DNA from: Planctomycetota bacterium
GTDB taxonomy: Bacteria > Planctomycetota > UBA1135 > UBA2386
Direction: 5' to 3'
Assembly (NCBI GenBank): GCA_046290465.1
Contig: JBKAGP010000001.1
Location: 2,944,001 to 3,008,000, forward strand
Length of the DNA stretch: 64,000 nt
Of this stretch, positions 28,210 through 38,755 are shown one piece after another. The position numbers and the translations under genes are program-made. How positions within the stretch are numbered: the stretch's first letter is position 1; each line of letters starts with the position of its first letter. The notes beneath the pieces are model-generated. The model was not told the DNA's origin, did not search any database, and saw only the letters and a list, made by a program, of their open reading frames with translations.

Positions 28210-30501
28210 TCAACCAGCCGACCCGAACGCACGTAGCCGCAGCGCGTTGACGATAACCGACACCGAGCTCAGGCTCATCGCAGCGGCCGCGATCATCGGA
28301 CTCAACAGCCAACCCGTGAACGGAAACAGTACGCCCGCAGCCAAAGGCACACCGGCGGCGTTGTAGCCAAACGCGAACAGGAGGTTCTGCTTGATGTTCC
28401 GCATCGTCGCTGCGCTCAGCTCGCGCGCACGCACGATGCCTCGCAGGTCGCCCCTGACGAGCGTCACGGCGGCGCTCTCCATCGCGACGTCCGTTCCTGT
28501 TCCCATCGCGATGCCCACGTCCGCCTTCGCGAGCGCAGGCGAGTCGTTGATGCCATCGCCGGCCATCGCCACCTTGGCGCCGCCTTCCTGGAGTTGCTCG
28601 ATCGTCGCGAGCTTCTGATCGGGCAGAGCATCGGCGATCACCTCGTCGATGCCCAGTTCTCGCCCGACGGCTTCGGCCGTTGCCCGGTTGTCGCCGGTCA
28701 ACATCACGACGCGCAGACCGGCACCGTGCAGGGCGCGGATGGCCTCCGGCGCGCTGTCCTTGATCGGGTCCGCGACTGCCAGCATGCCGATCAGCTGCCC
28801 ACTCGCGGCCAAGAACATGACCGTGGCCCCGTCACCCTGCAGCCGGGCGGCCCGAGTACGGTCCGCGTCCGACGCGGCCACGCCGATCTTTTCCATCAAC
28901 GCGAGATTGCCAAGGGCGACATCCTGTTGCTCGACCCGGCCCATGACGCCCTTGCCCGTCACGGACTCGAACCCATCGACGCCCGACAACTGGATCTCGC
29001 GCTCACTCGCACCCTCGACGATGGCGCGCGCGAGTGGGTGTTCGCTGCGCGTCTCCAGGCTCGCCGCCAGTCGCAAGACGGCGGACTCGTCTGCTCCGGC
29101 TTCGCTGACGACCTGCACGTTAGTCAGTTTCGGCTGTCCGAGCGTCAGCGTGCCGGTCTTGTCCACGACCAATGTGTCGATGGCACGAAGGCTCTCGATC
29201 GCCTGTGCGTTGCGGAACAGCACGCCCAACTGCGCGCCCCGCCCCGTCGCCACCATGATCGACATCGGCGTCGCCAGGCCGAGCGCGCACGGGCAGGCGA
29301 TGATGAGCACGGCAACCGCGTTGAGCAGCGCATAGGCGAGGCGGGGCTCCGGCCCCCAAACGCTCCAGACGACGAACGCGAGCGCCGCACACGCGACCAC
29401 GATGGGAACGAACCAGGCGGCGACACGATCGGCAAGCCGCTGGATCGGTGCTCGGCTTCGCTGTGCATCGGCGACCATCTGGACGATCTGTGCTAACAGC
29501 GTTTCGCCGCCGACCTTCTCGGCCTCGATGGTGAGGCTCCCCGTCGTGTTGACCGTTCCGCCGATCACCTGATCGCCCGCCGCCTTGGCCACGGGGACCG
29601 GCTCGCCCGTGACCATCGACTCATCAACGGTGCTGCCGCCCTCGACGACGATGGCATCGACCGGAACGGCCTCGCCGGGACGAACTCGCAGGCGATCCCC
29701 CTTTCGGACGGACTCGACAGCGACCTCCTCCTCTGCGCCATCGGAGCCGATGCGCCGAGTCATCTTCGGCGACAGATCGAGCAACGCCCGGATCGCGGCG
29801 CCGGTGCTGCTGCGCGCGCGCAGCTCCATGACCTGACCGAGCAGCACGAGCGCCACGATCACCGCGGCGGCCTCGAAGTAGACGGCCACGCCGTGCGCTC
29901 CACGGAAGCCCTCGGGGAACCAATCGGGCGCCACGAGCGCCAGCACGCTGTAGACGTACGCGACGGAGACGCCGAGCCCAATCAGCGTGAACATGTTGAG
30001 CTGCCAACGCCTGACGGATTCCCAGCCCCGCACCAACAGCGGTAGGCCCGCCCAGGACACCACCGGCGTCGCGAACGCCAGCTCCAGCCAACGTGAGAAC
30101 CCGCCAAACAGTCCATGGATCGGAGCGCCAGGGAGCACCATGTCCCCCATCGCAAGCACGAGCAGCGGGACGGCCAGCACCGCGCTCCAGACGAAGCGGC
30201 GCCGCATGTCGCGGTACTCGGTATCGTCCGCCTCAGCGCTCGCATCGACGGGCTCGAGCGCCATGCCGCAGATGGGGCAGGTTCCCGGCCCTGCCTGCTC
30301 GATCTCCGGGTGCATGGGACACGTGTAGGTGTCAGGGGGCGCTGGTCGACCGGCCCCCGCGGTGTGACCTCTAGCAGGATGGAGGCCATGACCATGCCCG
30401 TCGGCGTTGGCGTGCTCGCCCCCATGGCAGCAGGTCTTGGCCTCTGGGGCGTCGTGGTGAGATTCATCTGACATGGGATTCCGTTCGCTTTGCATGTCCA
30501 C
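28210..30501 (-). CDS. copA: Copper-exporting P1B-type ATPase
   Basis: His-rich N-terminus and YTCPMHP..CPICGM; TGEP, CPC, DKTGT, SEHP, GDGIND, YN, MSLSS. Confidence 0.96.
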   Translation of the reverse strand: MDMQSERNPMSDESHHDAPEAKTCCHGGEHANADGHGHGLHPARGHTAGAGRPAPPDTYTCPMHPEIEQAGPGTCPICGMALEPVDASAEADDTEYRDMRRRFVWSAVLAVPLLVLAMGDMVLPGAPIHGLFGGFSRWLELAFATPVVSWAGLPLLVRGWESVRRWQLNMFTLIGLGVSVAYVYSVLALVAPDWFPEGFRGAHGVAVYFEAAAVIVALVLLGQVMELRARSSTGAAIRALLDLSPKMTRRIGSDGAEEEVAVESVRKGDRLRVRPGEAVPVDAIVVEGGSTVDESMVTGEPVPVAKAAGDQVIGGTVNTTGSLTIEAEKVGGETLLAQIVQMVADAQRSRAPIQRLADRVAAWFVPIVVACAALAFVVWSVWGPEPRLAYALLNAVAVLIIACPCALGLATPMSIMVATGRGAQLGVLFRNAQAIESLRAIDTLVVDKTGTLTLGQPKLTNVQVVSEAGADESAVLRLAASLETRSEHPLARAIVEGASEREIQLSGVDGFESVTGKGVMGRVEQQDVALGNLALMEKIGVAASDADRTRAARLQGDGATVMFLAASGQLIGMLAVADPIKDSAPEAIRALHGAGLRVVMLTGDNRATAEAVGRELGIDEVIADALPDQKLATIEQLQEGGAKVAMAGDGINDSPALAKADVGIAMGTGTDVAMESAAVTLVRGDLRGIVRARELSAATMRNIKQNLLFAFGYNAAGVPLAAGVLFPFTGWLLSPMIAAAAMSLSSVSVIVNALRLRAFGSAG

Positions 30502-30554
30502 GCTGACGACCAGACTGGGCGAACGTTACACCTACCGTGCCAGAGGACGCCCCG

Positions 30555-31109
30555 TCAGGCCTGCGGCGGCCTCGCGCAACTGCAGTCGAGGCAGCCGTGC
30601 TCGGCACATGTGCGACAGGTGAGCTGCACTTCCCGCCGCAGAGCCGCTCGAGCGCGGTGCAGGCGAACGCGGGCACTCCCAGCACTGACGCCGCGATCCT
30701 TGGCGACCGCCCCGACGGACCGGCCCTCCAGATCTACGAGCCGGACAAGCTCTGCATAGTCCGGATGGATGAGCGGCAACAACCCCTGGATGCAGACGCA
30801 GACGTCGCGCTGCCGTTCGGCATCCTCAGCTACCTGGAGGAGGTCGGAGTCAATCTCTAGGCCTGGGTGCCCCTCGGACCGCCGGCGATGCCGATCCACG
30901 ATGGCATTTCGGAGGATCCGGTAGAACCAGGCAACGACGTTCCCCTCCTCGCCTACGTCGACGACGCGCTCGACGCCACGCGCAAACGCGTCCTGCAGGA
31001 TCTCCTCGGCCTCATCCCGCGATGCTACACGGCGCTCGAGAAACGCCAGAAACTGGCGACGACTGGCGAGCAGGATCAAGAGTCGCTTATGGCTTTCGGA
31101 ATCGGTCAT
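30555..31109 (-). CDS. CorE-like metal-responsive ECF sigma factor
   Basis: sigma2 (AEEILQDAF, WFYRILRN) and sigma4 (RVRLHRAR); linker CVC; Cys-rich tail CRTCAEHGCLDCSC; no anti-sigma gene adjacent. Confidence 0.88.
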   Translation of the reverse strand: MTDSESHKRLLILLASRRQFLAFLERRVASRDEAEEILQDAFARGVERVVDVGEEGNVVAWFYRILRNAIVDRHRRRSEGHPGLEIDSDLLQVAEDAERQRDVCVCIQGLLPLIHPDYAELVRLVDLEGRSVGAVAKDRGVSAGSARVRLHRARAALRREVQLTCRTCAEHGCLDCSCARPPQA

Positions 31110-31331
31110 GACGTTGAGGCCCGTGACCGTACCGGCTGTTCGCCATCATCGAGTCTCCTTCTTCCGCCTGGGATCACACCTCACCTTGGTCGTCCGACGG
31201 CACGCGCCTTGCTGAAGCGGGTCGGAATCACCTTGCGCGCGCCAGCCCAACGCTGCCGCGACGGCTCCAACATCACGATGGCGATGTACGCCAGCACTCA
31301 TCCAAACCCGCCCAAAAGAAGGAAACCCAAG

Positions 31332-32045
31332 ATGTCATTGCTCCGCTCCGCGATCTGCGCCGTAACTGCGATTGCGCTACTGAGCGCACCGACGGCCGCG
31401 CAGCATGGCGGCCACCACGACCACCCGGCGCCTCACCAGAAACCGACCACCAAGACCTCGAGAACTGGTGACCCCTACCCGTTCGCCACCTGCCCAGTTT
31501 CCGGCAAGAAGCTAGGAACCATGGGCGATCCCTTGGTGAAGGTCTACCGAGGGCGCGAAGTCCGCTTCTGCTGCGGTGGTTGCACCGGCAGCTTTGAGAA
31601 GGACCTCGACAGCAGCTTGGCCAAGCTCGACCAGAAGGTCATCGCAGACCAGCGCCCCATCTACCCGATGTCGAAATCGGTCGTCTCGGGCAAGAAGCTC
31701 CCGAAGAAGCCTGTCAACCTGGTCCTCGGCAACCGGCTCATCCTGTTGGCTGATGCGAAGGAGAAGGCAACAGCGCTGAAGTCACCCGGGAAGTACCTGA
31801 AGCAGCTGGACGCCGCCGTGAGCTCTGCGCAGGGAAAGAGCTACCCGTTGCAGAAGTGCGTAGTCAGCAACGAGCCCCTGGACAGCATGGGGAAACCAAA
31901 GGATGTCGTCATCGCCGGTCGCTTGATCCGCATCTGCTGTTCAAGCTGCGCAAAGAAGCTCGACAAGACGCCCTCCACATTCATCTCGACGATTGACAAG
32001 GCGACCGCCGAACAGTCCCGTCCGAAGGCCCGAAACGGCAAGTAG
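31332..32045 (+). CDS. Exported His-rich protein with YHS/TRASH-like Cys repeats
   Basis: AAGGA RBS, signal peptide, HGGHHDH, YPFATCPVSG..FCCGGC, a degenerate middle repeat, YPLQKCVVS..ICCSSC. Confidence 0.82.
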   Translation: MSLLRSAICAVTAIALLSAPTAAQHGGHHDHPAPHQKPTTKTSRTGDPYPFATCPVSGKKLGTMGDPLVKVYRGREVRFCCGGCTGSFEKDLDSSLAKLDQKVIADQRPIYPMSKSVVSGKKLPKKPVNLVLGNRLILLADAKEKATALKSPGKYLKQLDAAVSSAQGKSYPLQKCVVSNEPLDSMGKPKDVVIAGRLIRICCSSCAKKLDKTPSTFISTIDKATAEQSRPKARNGK

Positions 32046-32226
32046 CCTTGGCCGCTCCTTGCGCCCAGCGAAAGCTGGCGCCAGGGAACGGCCCTCGGGC
32101 CCGCCGCGAAAATAACCTAGGATCCCCGTGTTCCGCCCCCCCCCCGACGTCATTCGGTGGTTCCCGGCACTACCCACAACATCGTCACTCAAGAACCCGT
32201 GACGAAACGAGCGCGCACAGCATCTG

Positions 32227-34329
32227 ATGAACCGACCTCCATGGAGCCTGCTCCCCGTCTTTGCACTCATCATGTTTACGGCAGCCCAAGAGTGCACTGC
32301 GCAGGCCACGGGCTCTGAGGTTCCCTCGGGCAAGGACGTCGTCCGCTACGAGCTCGTAATCGCGGAGACTCCGGGCGCACCCGCGGGCACAGCGACTACC
32401 GTGCTCACCGTCAACGGCACCTCCCCTGGCCCGGTCTTGAGATTCAGAGAAGGCGACCTCGCCCAAATCACGGTCAAGAACCGGCTACCATCCGAGGAGA
32501 CTTCGATCCACTGGCACGGGCTGCTCGTGCCCAACGAAATGGACGGAGTCCCATACCTGACCACCCCTCCAATCCCTGCTGGCGGCGAACACACATTCGA
32601 GTTCCGGCTGCGGCAATCGGGCACCTATTGGTACCACTCGCACACAGGGCTGCAGGAGCAACTGGGCGTCCAGGGTGCGATCGTCATCGAACCCAGAAAG
32701 CCCGATGTTGCGTTCGATCGTGAGCACGTCGTCGTCCTGGCCGATTGGACCGACGATGATCCGACCACGGTCATGCGCTGGCTGATGCGCGGCAGCGAGT
32801 GGTATTCGGTGAAGAAGGGGACGCAACAGTCGCTGCTCGGAGCCTGGCGGCGAGGCGCCGTTTCGGATTACTTCGAGCGCGAGGGGGACCGCATGCCGGC
32901 GATGGACTTGTCGGACGTGGGCTACGACGCGTTCCTGGCCAATGGCAAGCGAGCACTGAAGCTCGATGCCCGCCCGGGTGAACGCGTCCTGCTGCGCATC
33001 GTTAACGCCGGGGCCTCGACCTACTTCTACCTCGGCGCTGGCGAAGGCAACCTGACGATCGTGGGCAGCGACGGCATTCGCGTAGAGCCGGTCGAGGTCC
33101 GGCGCCTCCTCATCGGCATGGCGGAGACGTACGACGTCGTGGTTACCATGCCAGAGACCCGGTCCACGCTCGAGATCCGAGCCACGGCGCAAGATGGCAG
33201 CGGACACGCTTCGATGCTGTTGGGGGATGGGCCGCTGATCGAGGCCGTCGACCCGCCGCGGGCGAACCTATACGTGATGGACGAGATGCTTGCCGCGGGG
33301 CTCGCAAGCCAGATGCCAAAGCGCGCGCTGGAAGCCGCTACTGCGGAACGCCCATTCGCGCCCTACGGCCTGCTGCGTGCAGTCTCCGACACTACCATCG
33401 CCGGACCGGGCACCGAAGTCCGCGAGCTGACCATGCGCCTCACCGGCGACATGCGCCGGTATCTGTGGGGCTTCGACAACGAGACCTTGGCCGAGAACTC
33501 GACGATCCGCGTCCGCAAGGGCGAGGTGCTGCGCATCCAGCTCATCAACGACACGATGATGCACCATCCGCTGCACCTGCACGGTCACTTCTTCCGCGTG
33601 CTCAACGGGCAGGGCGAACGCTCCCCGCTCAAGCACACCGTGGACGTCCCCCCGATGGGCAAGCGCACGATCGAGTGGGTCGCCGACGAAGAGGGCGGAG
33701 ACTGGTTCTTCCACTGCCACCTGCTCTACCACATGGATGCCGGCATGGCCCGCGTGTTCAGCTACCAGCAGGATCCGACGTATCAACCCACCGTAGACCC
33801 GAAGCTCCTCGAACCGGCCTACCTATTCTTCGATGCAACGGTACAGAACCACATGACCATGGGCCGTGCCATGCTCATGAAGGGGCGGAACGACTTCTTC
33901 ACCCGGTGGGACATCGGACTGCCATCGGCGTTCGGCGACGACCACCGAGACGGTGGACACGAGGACAACATCGAGGTCGATTTCGGATGGTCACGCTACA
34001 TCGATCAGAACTTCGCCACCGAGTTGGGCTGGCGCTACGCTGATGGTGACGGGGCAACGAGTCGCGCATTCGCGGGCGTGCGCTATCGCCTGCCCTACCT
34101 CGTGATGTCAAACCTCAGCGTAGACAGCCGGGGAGACTTCCGACTTTCACTCGACAAGGGGCTCCAGCTTACCGACCGTCTTGGGATCGGCACCTCCGTC
34201 GAATACGACACCAATACGCAATTCGAGTGGCTCGTCGGCATCGATTACACGATCACGCAGAACCTGGGTTTCTCGACCTCGTATCACTCCGACCATGGCT
34301 ATGGCCTTGGCCTGGTCTTGACCTTCTGA
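32227..34329 (+). CDS. Multicopper oxidase (CopA/PcoA-like) with a C-terminal beta-barrel-like domain
   Basis: HWHG, WYHSH, HPLHLHGH, HCHLLYHMDAGM; the last ~180 aa are amphipathic strands ending YGLGLVLTF. Confidence 0.92.
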   Translation: MNRPPWSLLPVFALIMFTAAQECTAQATGSEVPSGKDVVRYELVIAETPGAPAGTATTVLTVNGTSPGPVLRFREGDLAQITVKNRLPSEETSIHWHGLLVPNEMDGVPYLTTPPIPAGGEHTFEFRLRQSGTYWYHSHTGLQEQLGVQGAIVIEPRKPDVAFDREHVVVLADWTDDDPTTVMRWLMRGSEWYSVKKGTQQSLLGAWRRGAVSDYFEREGDRMPAMDLSDVGYDAFLANGKRALKLDARPGERVLLRIVNAGASTYFYLGAGEGNLTIVGSDGIRVEPVEVRRLLIGMAETYDVVVTMPETRSTLEIRATAQDGSGHASMLLGDGPLIEAVDPPRANLYVMDEMLAAGLASQMPKRALEAATAERPFAPYGLLRAVSDTTIAGPGTEVRELTMRLTGDMRRYLWGFDNETLAENSTIRVRKGEVLRIQLINDTMMHHPLHLHGHFFRVLNGQGERSPLKHTVDVPPMGKRTIEWVADEEGGDWFFHCHLLYHMDAGMARVFSYQQDPTYQPTVDPKLLEPAYLFFDATVQNHMTMGRAMLMKGRNDFFTRWDIGLPSAFGDDHRDGGHEDNIEVDFGWSRYIDQNFATELGWRYADGDGATSRAFAGVRYRLPYLVMSNLSVDSRGDFRLSLDKGLQLTDRLGIGTSVEYDTNTQFEWLVGIDYTITQNLGFSTSYHSDHGYGLGLVLTF

Positions 34330-34361
34330 TGGCCAACATCTCTTAGCGAGGCATCTCCAAA

Positions 34362-34610
34362 ATGAAAACGCTCCGTTCCAAGCTTCCCGTTCTCGCACTC
34401 GTCCTGTTCGCGGCGTGCGCTTCGGGCCCAAGCGCAGACGTCATCCCCTACACGAGTGACCTCTGCATCGTCACCGACAACAAGCTCGGCTCGATGGGCG
34501 ATCCCGTCGTCAAGGTCTACGGCAACCAGGAGGTCAAGTTCTGCTGCCGTCCGTGCGTGAAGGAGTTCGAAGAGGACCAGGAGCGGTTCCTTGCGAAGCT
34601 GAAAAAGTAG
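34362..34610 (+). CDS. Small lipoprotein with a single YHS-like domain
   Basis: FAAC lipobox; CIVTDNKLGSMGDP..EVKFCCRPC. Confidence 0.85.
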   Translation: MKTLRSKLPVLALVLFAACASGPSADVIPYTSDLCIVTDNKLGSMGDPVVKVYGNQEVKFCCRPCVKEFEEDQERFLAKLKK

Positions 34611-34719
34611 GTATCGGCAAGTGAGTGAGAAGCCGGTGCATCAACATCGGCCTCGCTTGCCACACCGTGGCCACCAGAGGGCCGAACCGCCCACCAACCA
34701 CCTACACACACCAAGCTCC

Positions 34720-35265
34720 ATGAGCCCCCGTCCCAACTACGTGGCACTGCTGCTCCTGGCGCTCGTAGCCTCCTTGGTCGGCGGTTGCTCGACGATCCGA
34801 ACCAGCGGACGCCCCGATTTCGACCTGAAGAACATCCGGAGCTATGCGTGGATCAACGCACCGAGCTTCACAGGCGACGTAAGCGAGCACTCTCAAGAAA
34901 GCCTGCTCGCCCAGGCGCAACGCGCGATCGACAACTACCTGCAGCAGCTCGGAGCCAGGCCATCTACGGAGAGCGAGGCGGAGGTCCTCCTCACGGCGAC
35001 CCTCGGTATTGAGACACGGCGACGCCTGAACGACCCTGACTACGATCTCTACGCCGTCCAGAAAGACGAGCTGGGTTCCTTGACCATCACGTTCTTCGAC
35101 AGAGATCAAGGAGAAGCCTGGACAGGCAGATGTCGGCATACGCTCCGCATCGCTTCTCGAAGCGAGCGACTGGGCCGCACGGAGTTCATCCCAACGGGGC
35201 ACGCGCGTGATTGGCGCATCGAGCAGATGGCCGAACGCATCCTGTCGCGTGCGACAGCCCAGTGA
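34720..35265 (+). CDS. DUF4136-like lipoprotein
   Basis: VGGC lipobox; DFDLKNIRSYAW, GSLTITFFD..AWTG. Confidence 0.7.
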   Translation: MSPRPNYVALLLLALVASLVGGCSTIRTSGRPDFDLKNIRSYAWINAPSFTGDVSEHSQESLLAQAQRAIDNYLQQLGARPSTESEAEVLLTATLGIETRRRLNDPDYDLYAVQKDELGSLTITFFDRDQGEAWTGRCRHTLRIASRSERLGRTEFIPTGHARDWRIEQMAERILSRATAQ

Positions 35266-35337
35266 GGCAAGCCTCCCAGCCGGGCGAGTGTGCACAGCCC
35301 CCGCCATCCGCTCGACAGCGGCGCAACGGATGCTCCC

Positions 35338-36702
35338 CTAGCGCAGTTCGTAGTCGACGATCTTCTTCCGCAGCGTGGTTGGCGAAATGTCCAAGACCTG
35401 CGCCGTTCGCGTGATGTTCCATCCCGTACTGTCAAGTGCGTGGCGGACGTGATCCCGCTCGACCTCCCAGAGCTTCTTGACCGGACCATCCTCGGCGACG
35501 GCTTCGTGAGAAGGCCTAGCCGGCGCAATATCCACTTCCTCGATCACGTCTGCACGAGCGAGCGCCACGGCACGGGTGAGCACGTTGTCCAATTCGCGGA
35601 CGTTGCCAGGCCACGAGTGCAACTCGAGCTGCTTCAACGCTGTCTCAGAGATGGCAGTGACCTCGCTTTCCAGGCGCCGCCGGATCCGATGAAGAAGGTG
35701 GGTCGCCAAGATTCGAATGTCTCCGGGACGCTCTCGAAGCGGCGGGATTTCGAGCCGCGCAACGGATAGGCGGTATAGCAGGTCTTCCCGGAACTCACCG
35801 CGCTCGACCATTTCTCCGAGATCTCGATGGGAAGCTGCAAGCACTCGCGCTTCGAAGGAGACGCTGTGGTTGCCCCCTACGCGTTCGAATGTGCGCTCCT
35901 GCAAGGCCCGTAGGAGTTTGGCCTGGAGTTCGAGTGGCATGTCGCCGATCTCGTCGAGGAACAGCGTTCCGCCCCCTGCATCCTCGAGCCTCCCTTGCTT
36001 CTTGGAATCCGCTCCAGTGAATGCCCCCTTCTCATAACCGAAGAGCTCGCTCTCGAGGAGTGTGGGCACGATCGCCGCGCAGTTGATTGCCACGAAGGGC
36101 TCAGCAGGCGATGACGCGTTATGAATCGCCCGGGCGACAAGCTCCTTTCCCGTGCCGCTCTCGCCTTCGATCAGGACCGTAACCTGACTCCTTGATAGAA
36201 GGCCGACCTGCTTCAGGAGTTCGAGGATACGTCGGTCTGACCCGACGATTTCATCCGGGTGCTCCGCACCGGGAGTGATCGGGACGAGGTCCGCCCGCTG
36301 TGCCATTGGCCGCCGCTGCCGGCGCCGTTGCCGACACTTCTCGATCGCCACGAGCACATCCTCTACCGCCAGCGGCTTGCGGACGTAGTCCAGTGCTCCA
36401 ATCTGGATCGCCTCGATCATCGACTTCATGTCCTGAACCCCCGTGATCATGACGACCTCGGGCGCGTCCGCGGCGTCGGTCAGGTCCTTCAGAACCCTCA
36501 ACCCATCGCGATCGGGCAAGCGGAGATCCAGGAAGACGATGTCAGGTTCGAACTCTCGCACCGCCTCGCCGGCAGCTCCGCCCTTCGTGCGCGTCGCGAC
36601 GGCGTGTCCCTGCTCTTCAAGGAGGATCTGTAGCGACCTACAGATGGCCGCATCGTCATCGACGATCAGAATGCGGAGGGCGTCATGCTGGCTCTGGCTC
36701 AT
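35338..36702 (-). CDS. Sigma-54-dependent response regulator (NtrC/AtoC family)
   Basis: Receiver domain (IVDDD, FLDLRLP), GESGTGKE, GAFTGA, LFLDEIG, WPGNVREL, Fis-type HTH. Confidence 0.95.
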   Translation of the reverse strand: MSQSQHDALRILIVDDDAAICRSLQILLEEQGHAVATRTKGGAAGEAVREFEPDIVFLDLRLPDRDGLRVLKDLTDAADAPEVVMITGVQDMKSMIEAIQIGALDYVRKPLAVEDVLVAIEKCRQRRRQRRPMAQRADLVPITPGAEHPDEIVGSDRRILELLKQVGLLSRSQVTVLIEGESGTGKELVARAIHNASSPAEPFVAINCAAIVPTLLESELFGYEKGAFTGADSKKQGRLEDAGGGTLFLDEIGDMPLELQAKLLRALQERTFERVGGNHSVSFEARVLAASHRDLGEMVERGEFREDLLYRLSVARLEIPPLRERPGDIRILATHLLHRIRRRLESEVTAISETALKQLELHSWPGNVRELDNVLTRAVALARADVIEEVDIAPARPSHEAVAEDGPVKKLWEVERDHVRHALDSTGWNITRTAQVLDISPTTLRKKIVDYELR

Positions 36703-38557
36703 TGGGCAACTCGATTCGGAACACGGCACCAGCGACCGCTCCGCGATCATCCACGCGGTTCGCTGCGCTGACACGGCCCCCATGGTAATCGACGATCTTC
36801 CGAACGATCGCCAGCCCGAGCCCCGTGCCCTGCTCCCGGGAGGTGAAAAATGGCTGAAACAGTCGCTCTCGGTTGTCTTCTGGAATCCCCGGACCGTCGT
36901 CCGAAACCTCTAGCGCCACCATCCTCGCTCGCTCGTCGAGCAGGACCGCAACGTCGATTTGCCCGTTAGGCCCGGTCGCGGCCATCGCGTTCTCAAACAG
37001 ATTGACCAACACTTGCCGGATCCGCTCCGAATCAATCCGGAGTTCAAGGTCCTCGTGACCATCCTCGACACGGATGCGACAGCGCAGCTCCCCGGCCTCA
37101 TTCTCGACCGCCTCGAGCGCCGCCACGATCACGTCCCGAAGTCGATGCACGCGGTAGTCCATCGACAACGGACGGCTCAGCGACAACAGGTCAGTGAACA
37201 TCCGCTCAAGGCGAGAAACCTGCTCTTGTGCAATATCGGCAAGCTCGACATGCCTGCTACCGGCTGCGAGACCCGACCGGATTGCTTGGAGGTTCATCTT
37301 GATCGACGAAAGCGGATTGCGCATCTCATGAACGACGGCCGAACTCATCTCCCCCATCGCAGCTAGGGTCTCTGAATGCACGATTCGCTGCCGAGCCTGC
37401 GACAACTCGTCGAGCATGCCGTTCAACGCACGACCTACAGCATCTACCTCGGGCTGAGCCAAGGGCACGACGCGGGCTGCGTGATCCCCGCCACCGACAC
37501 GATGTGCGACCCGGACCAACTGCTGCAGTGGTGTCGTGAGTTGCCGAGCCCCCACGCGCACGATGAGAACAACGATCAGGGCGACGACGAGCGCCGTGAG
37601 CGCCGCCCTCGAGCTGAGCTCGGGGAGCCACGCCAAGGCCTCTGCAGCGTCCTGCTCGAGCAGCAGCACCCACCCCATCTGGGGAAGCGCGGTGAAGCCA
37701 CCTACCACCTCGCGGCCGCTGGCGTCGGAGTAGAGCGCCGCGCCCGAGTCTCCTCCTTTCGCGCGACGAAACCCAACGGTGTCAATCTCGGCTTGGAGAG
37801 CATCCCCGGAATCTCGCAGTCCGGACGAAGTCAACAGTACCCCTTCCGACGACACCAAGTAGCAGCGACTGTTGGATAGCCCTGCGCCTACATCCGACAA
37901 GATGTCTTCGAGCTTCGATTCGTCGAGAGCCGTCAAGACATACCCAGTGATGACGCCATCACGCATCACTGCAGCACCGAAGTGCATGCCCAGCTGCCCG
38001 TTCTCATGCCGGTGTATTCGCCCCGCGGCCCCCGACGTTGAGGTTCGCACCGCGAGCTTGATGTCTGATCGCTCGAAATCTTCGATTCCGTGCGCATCAG
38101 TCCCGGCCCCAGCCAGCTCCCGCCACTTCAGATCGTAGAGCCCAACCGCTTCATACAAACCGTTCCTCGCCACGAACTGACCTAGCAGAGCGTTCGCACC
38201 ATGCTCCACGCCCCCCTGAGAACTGTCAGTCGTACACCGATGCCGCACTGCCGGACAGCCAGCGAGGAACCCCGCATCCGCGACTCGTTCGCGGAACCAA
38301 AGCTCTAGTTGGCGCTCGCGCGAAGCGGTGAGCTGAGCCAACCTGGCAGTCGCGGCATCCAGGACGGCCGACTTGGCACAGTGGTAGCCTTGGGCCGCCA
38401 GCAAGATCATCGGCACCAAGGCGATCCCGAGTGACCAAAGCAACAGACGGCGCCGCAGGTGCCCACCGGCTTCGTGCGCTGGCTTCGCCACGGTATCGCT
38501 CCGCTCGCTGTGAACAGTTTCTGGTGAGGATGGCATCAGGATCTGGTCGCGCCGCAA
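36683..38557 (-). CDS. Sensor histidine kinase (Cache-like, HAMP, HisKA, HATPase)
   Basis: Two TM helices; HEMRNPL, NLFENA, DDGPGI, GTGLGL; His/Cys residues in the periplasmic domain. Confidence 0.93.
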   Translation of the reverse strand: MRRDQILMPSSPETVHSERSDTVAKPAHEAGGHLRRRLLLWSLGIALVPMILLAAQGYHCAKSAVLDAATARLAQLTASRERQLELWFRERVADAGFLAGCPAVRHRCTTDSSQGGVEHGANALLGQFVARNGLYEAVGLYDLKWRELAGAGTDAHGIEDFERSDIKLAVRTSTSGAAGRIHRHENGQLGMHFGAAVMRDGVITGYVLTALDESKLEDILSDVGAGLSNSRCYLVSSEGVLLTSSGLRDSGDALQAEIDTVGFRRAKGGDSGAALYSDASGREVVGGFTALPQMGWVLLLEQDAAEALAWLPELSSRAALTALVVALIVVLIVRVGARQLTTPLQQLVRVAHRVGGGDHAARVVPLAQPEVDAVGRALNGMLDELSQARQRIVHSETLAAMGEMSSAVVHEMRNPLSSIKMNLQAIRSGLAAGSRHVELADIAQEQVSRLERMFTDLLSLSRPLSMDYRVHRLRDVIVAALEAVENEAGELRCRIRVEDGHEDLELRIDSERIRQVLVNLFENAMAATGPNGQIDVAVLLDERARMVALEVSDDGPGIPEDNRERLFQPFFTSREQGTGLGLAIVRKIVDYHGGRVSAANRVDDRGAVAGAVFRIELPNEPEPA

Positions 38558-38686
38558 CGGGGCCAGCTTCGTTCAAGTCGCCCAATTGGGCGTCGCCGGA
38601 GGGGAACATGCTGCCCCTACCGCGGCAAGGCAATGGCTTTCGTCGTCGCAGTGTGTGCAACGACCGTACCTCAGGCTGCTGCGAAA

Positions 38687-38702
38687 CGGCATGCATGTTG
38701 CT
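38687..38702 (+). promoter_or_regulatory. Sigma-54 (-24/-12) promoter
   Basis: CGGCATGCATGTTGCT = GG-N10-GC, about 55 nt before ATG 38756 and divergent from the sigma-54 activator locus. Confidence 0.7.
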
Positions 38703-38755
38703 CTCCGCAGTCAGGACATCAACACGCGACGACTGCGGACAGTCCCCGGAACACC

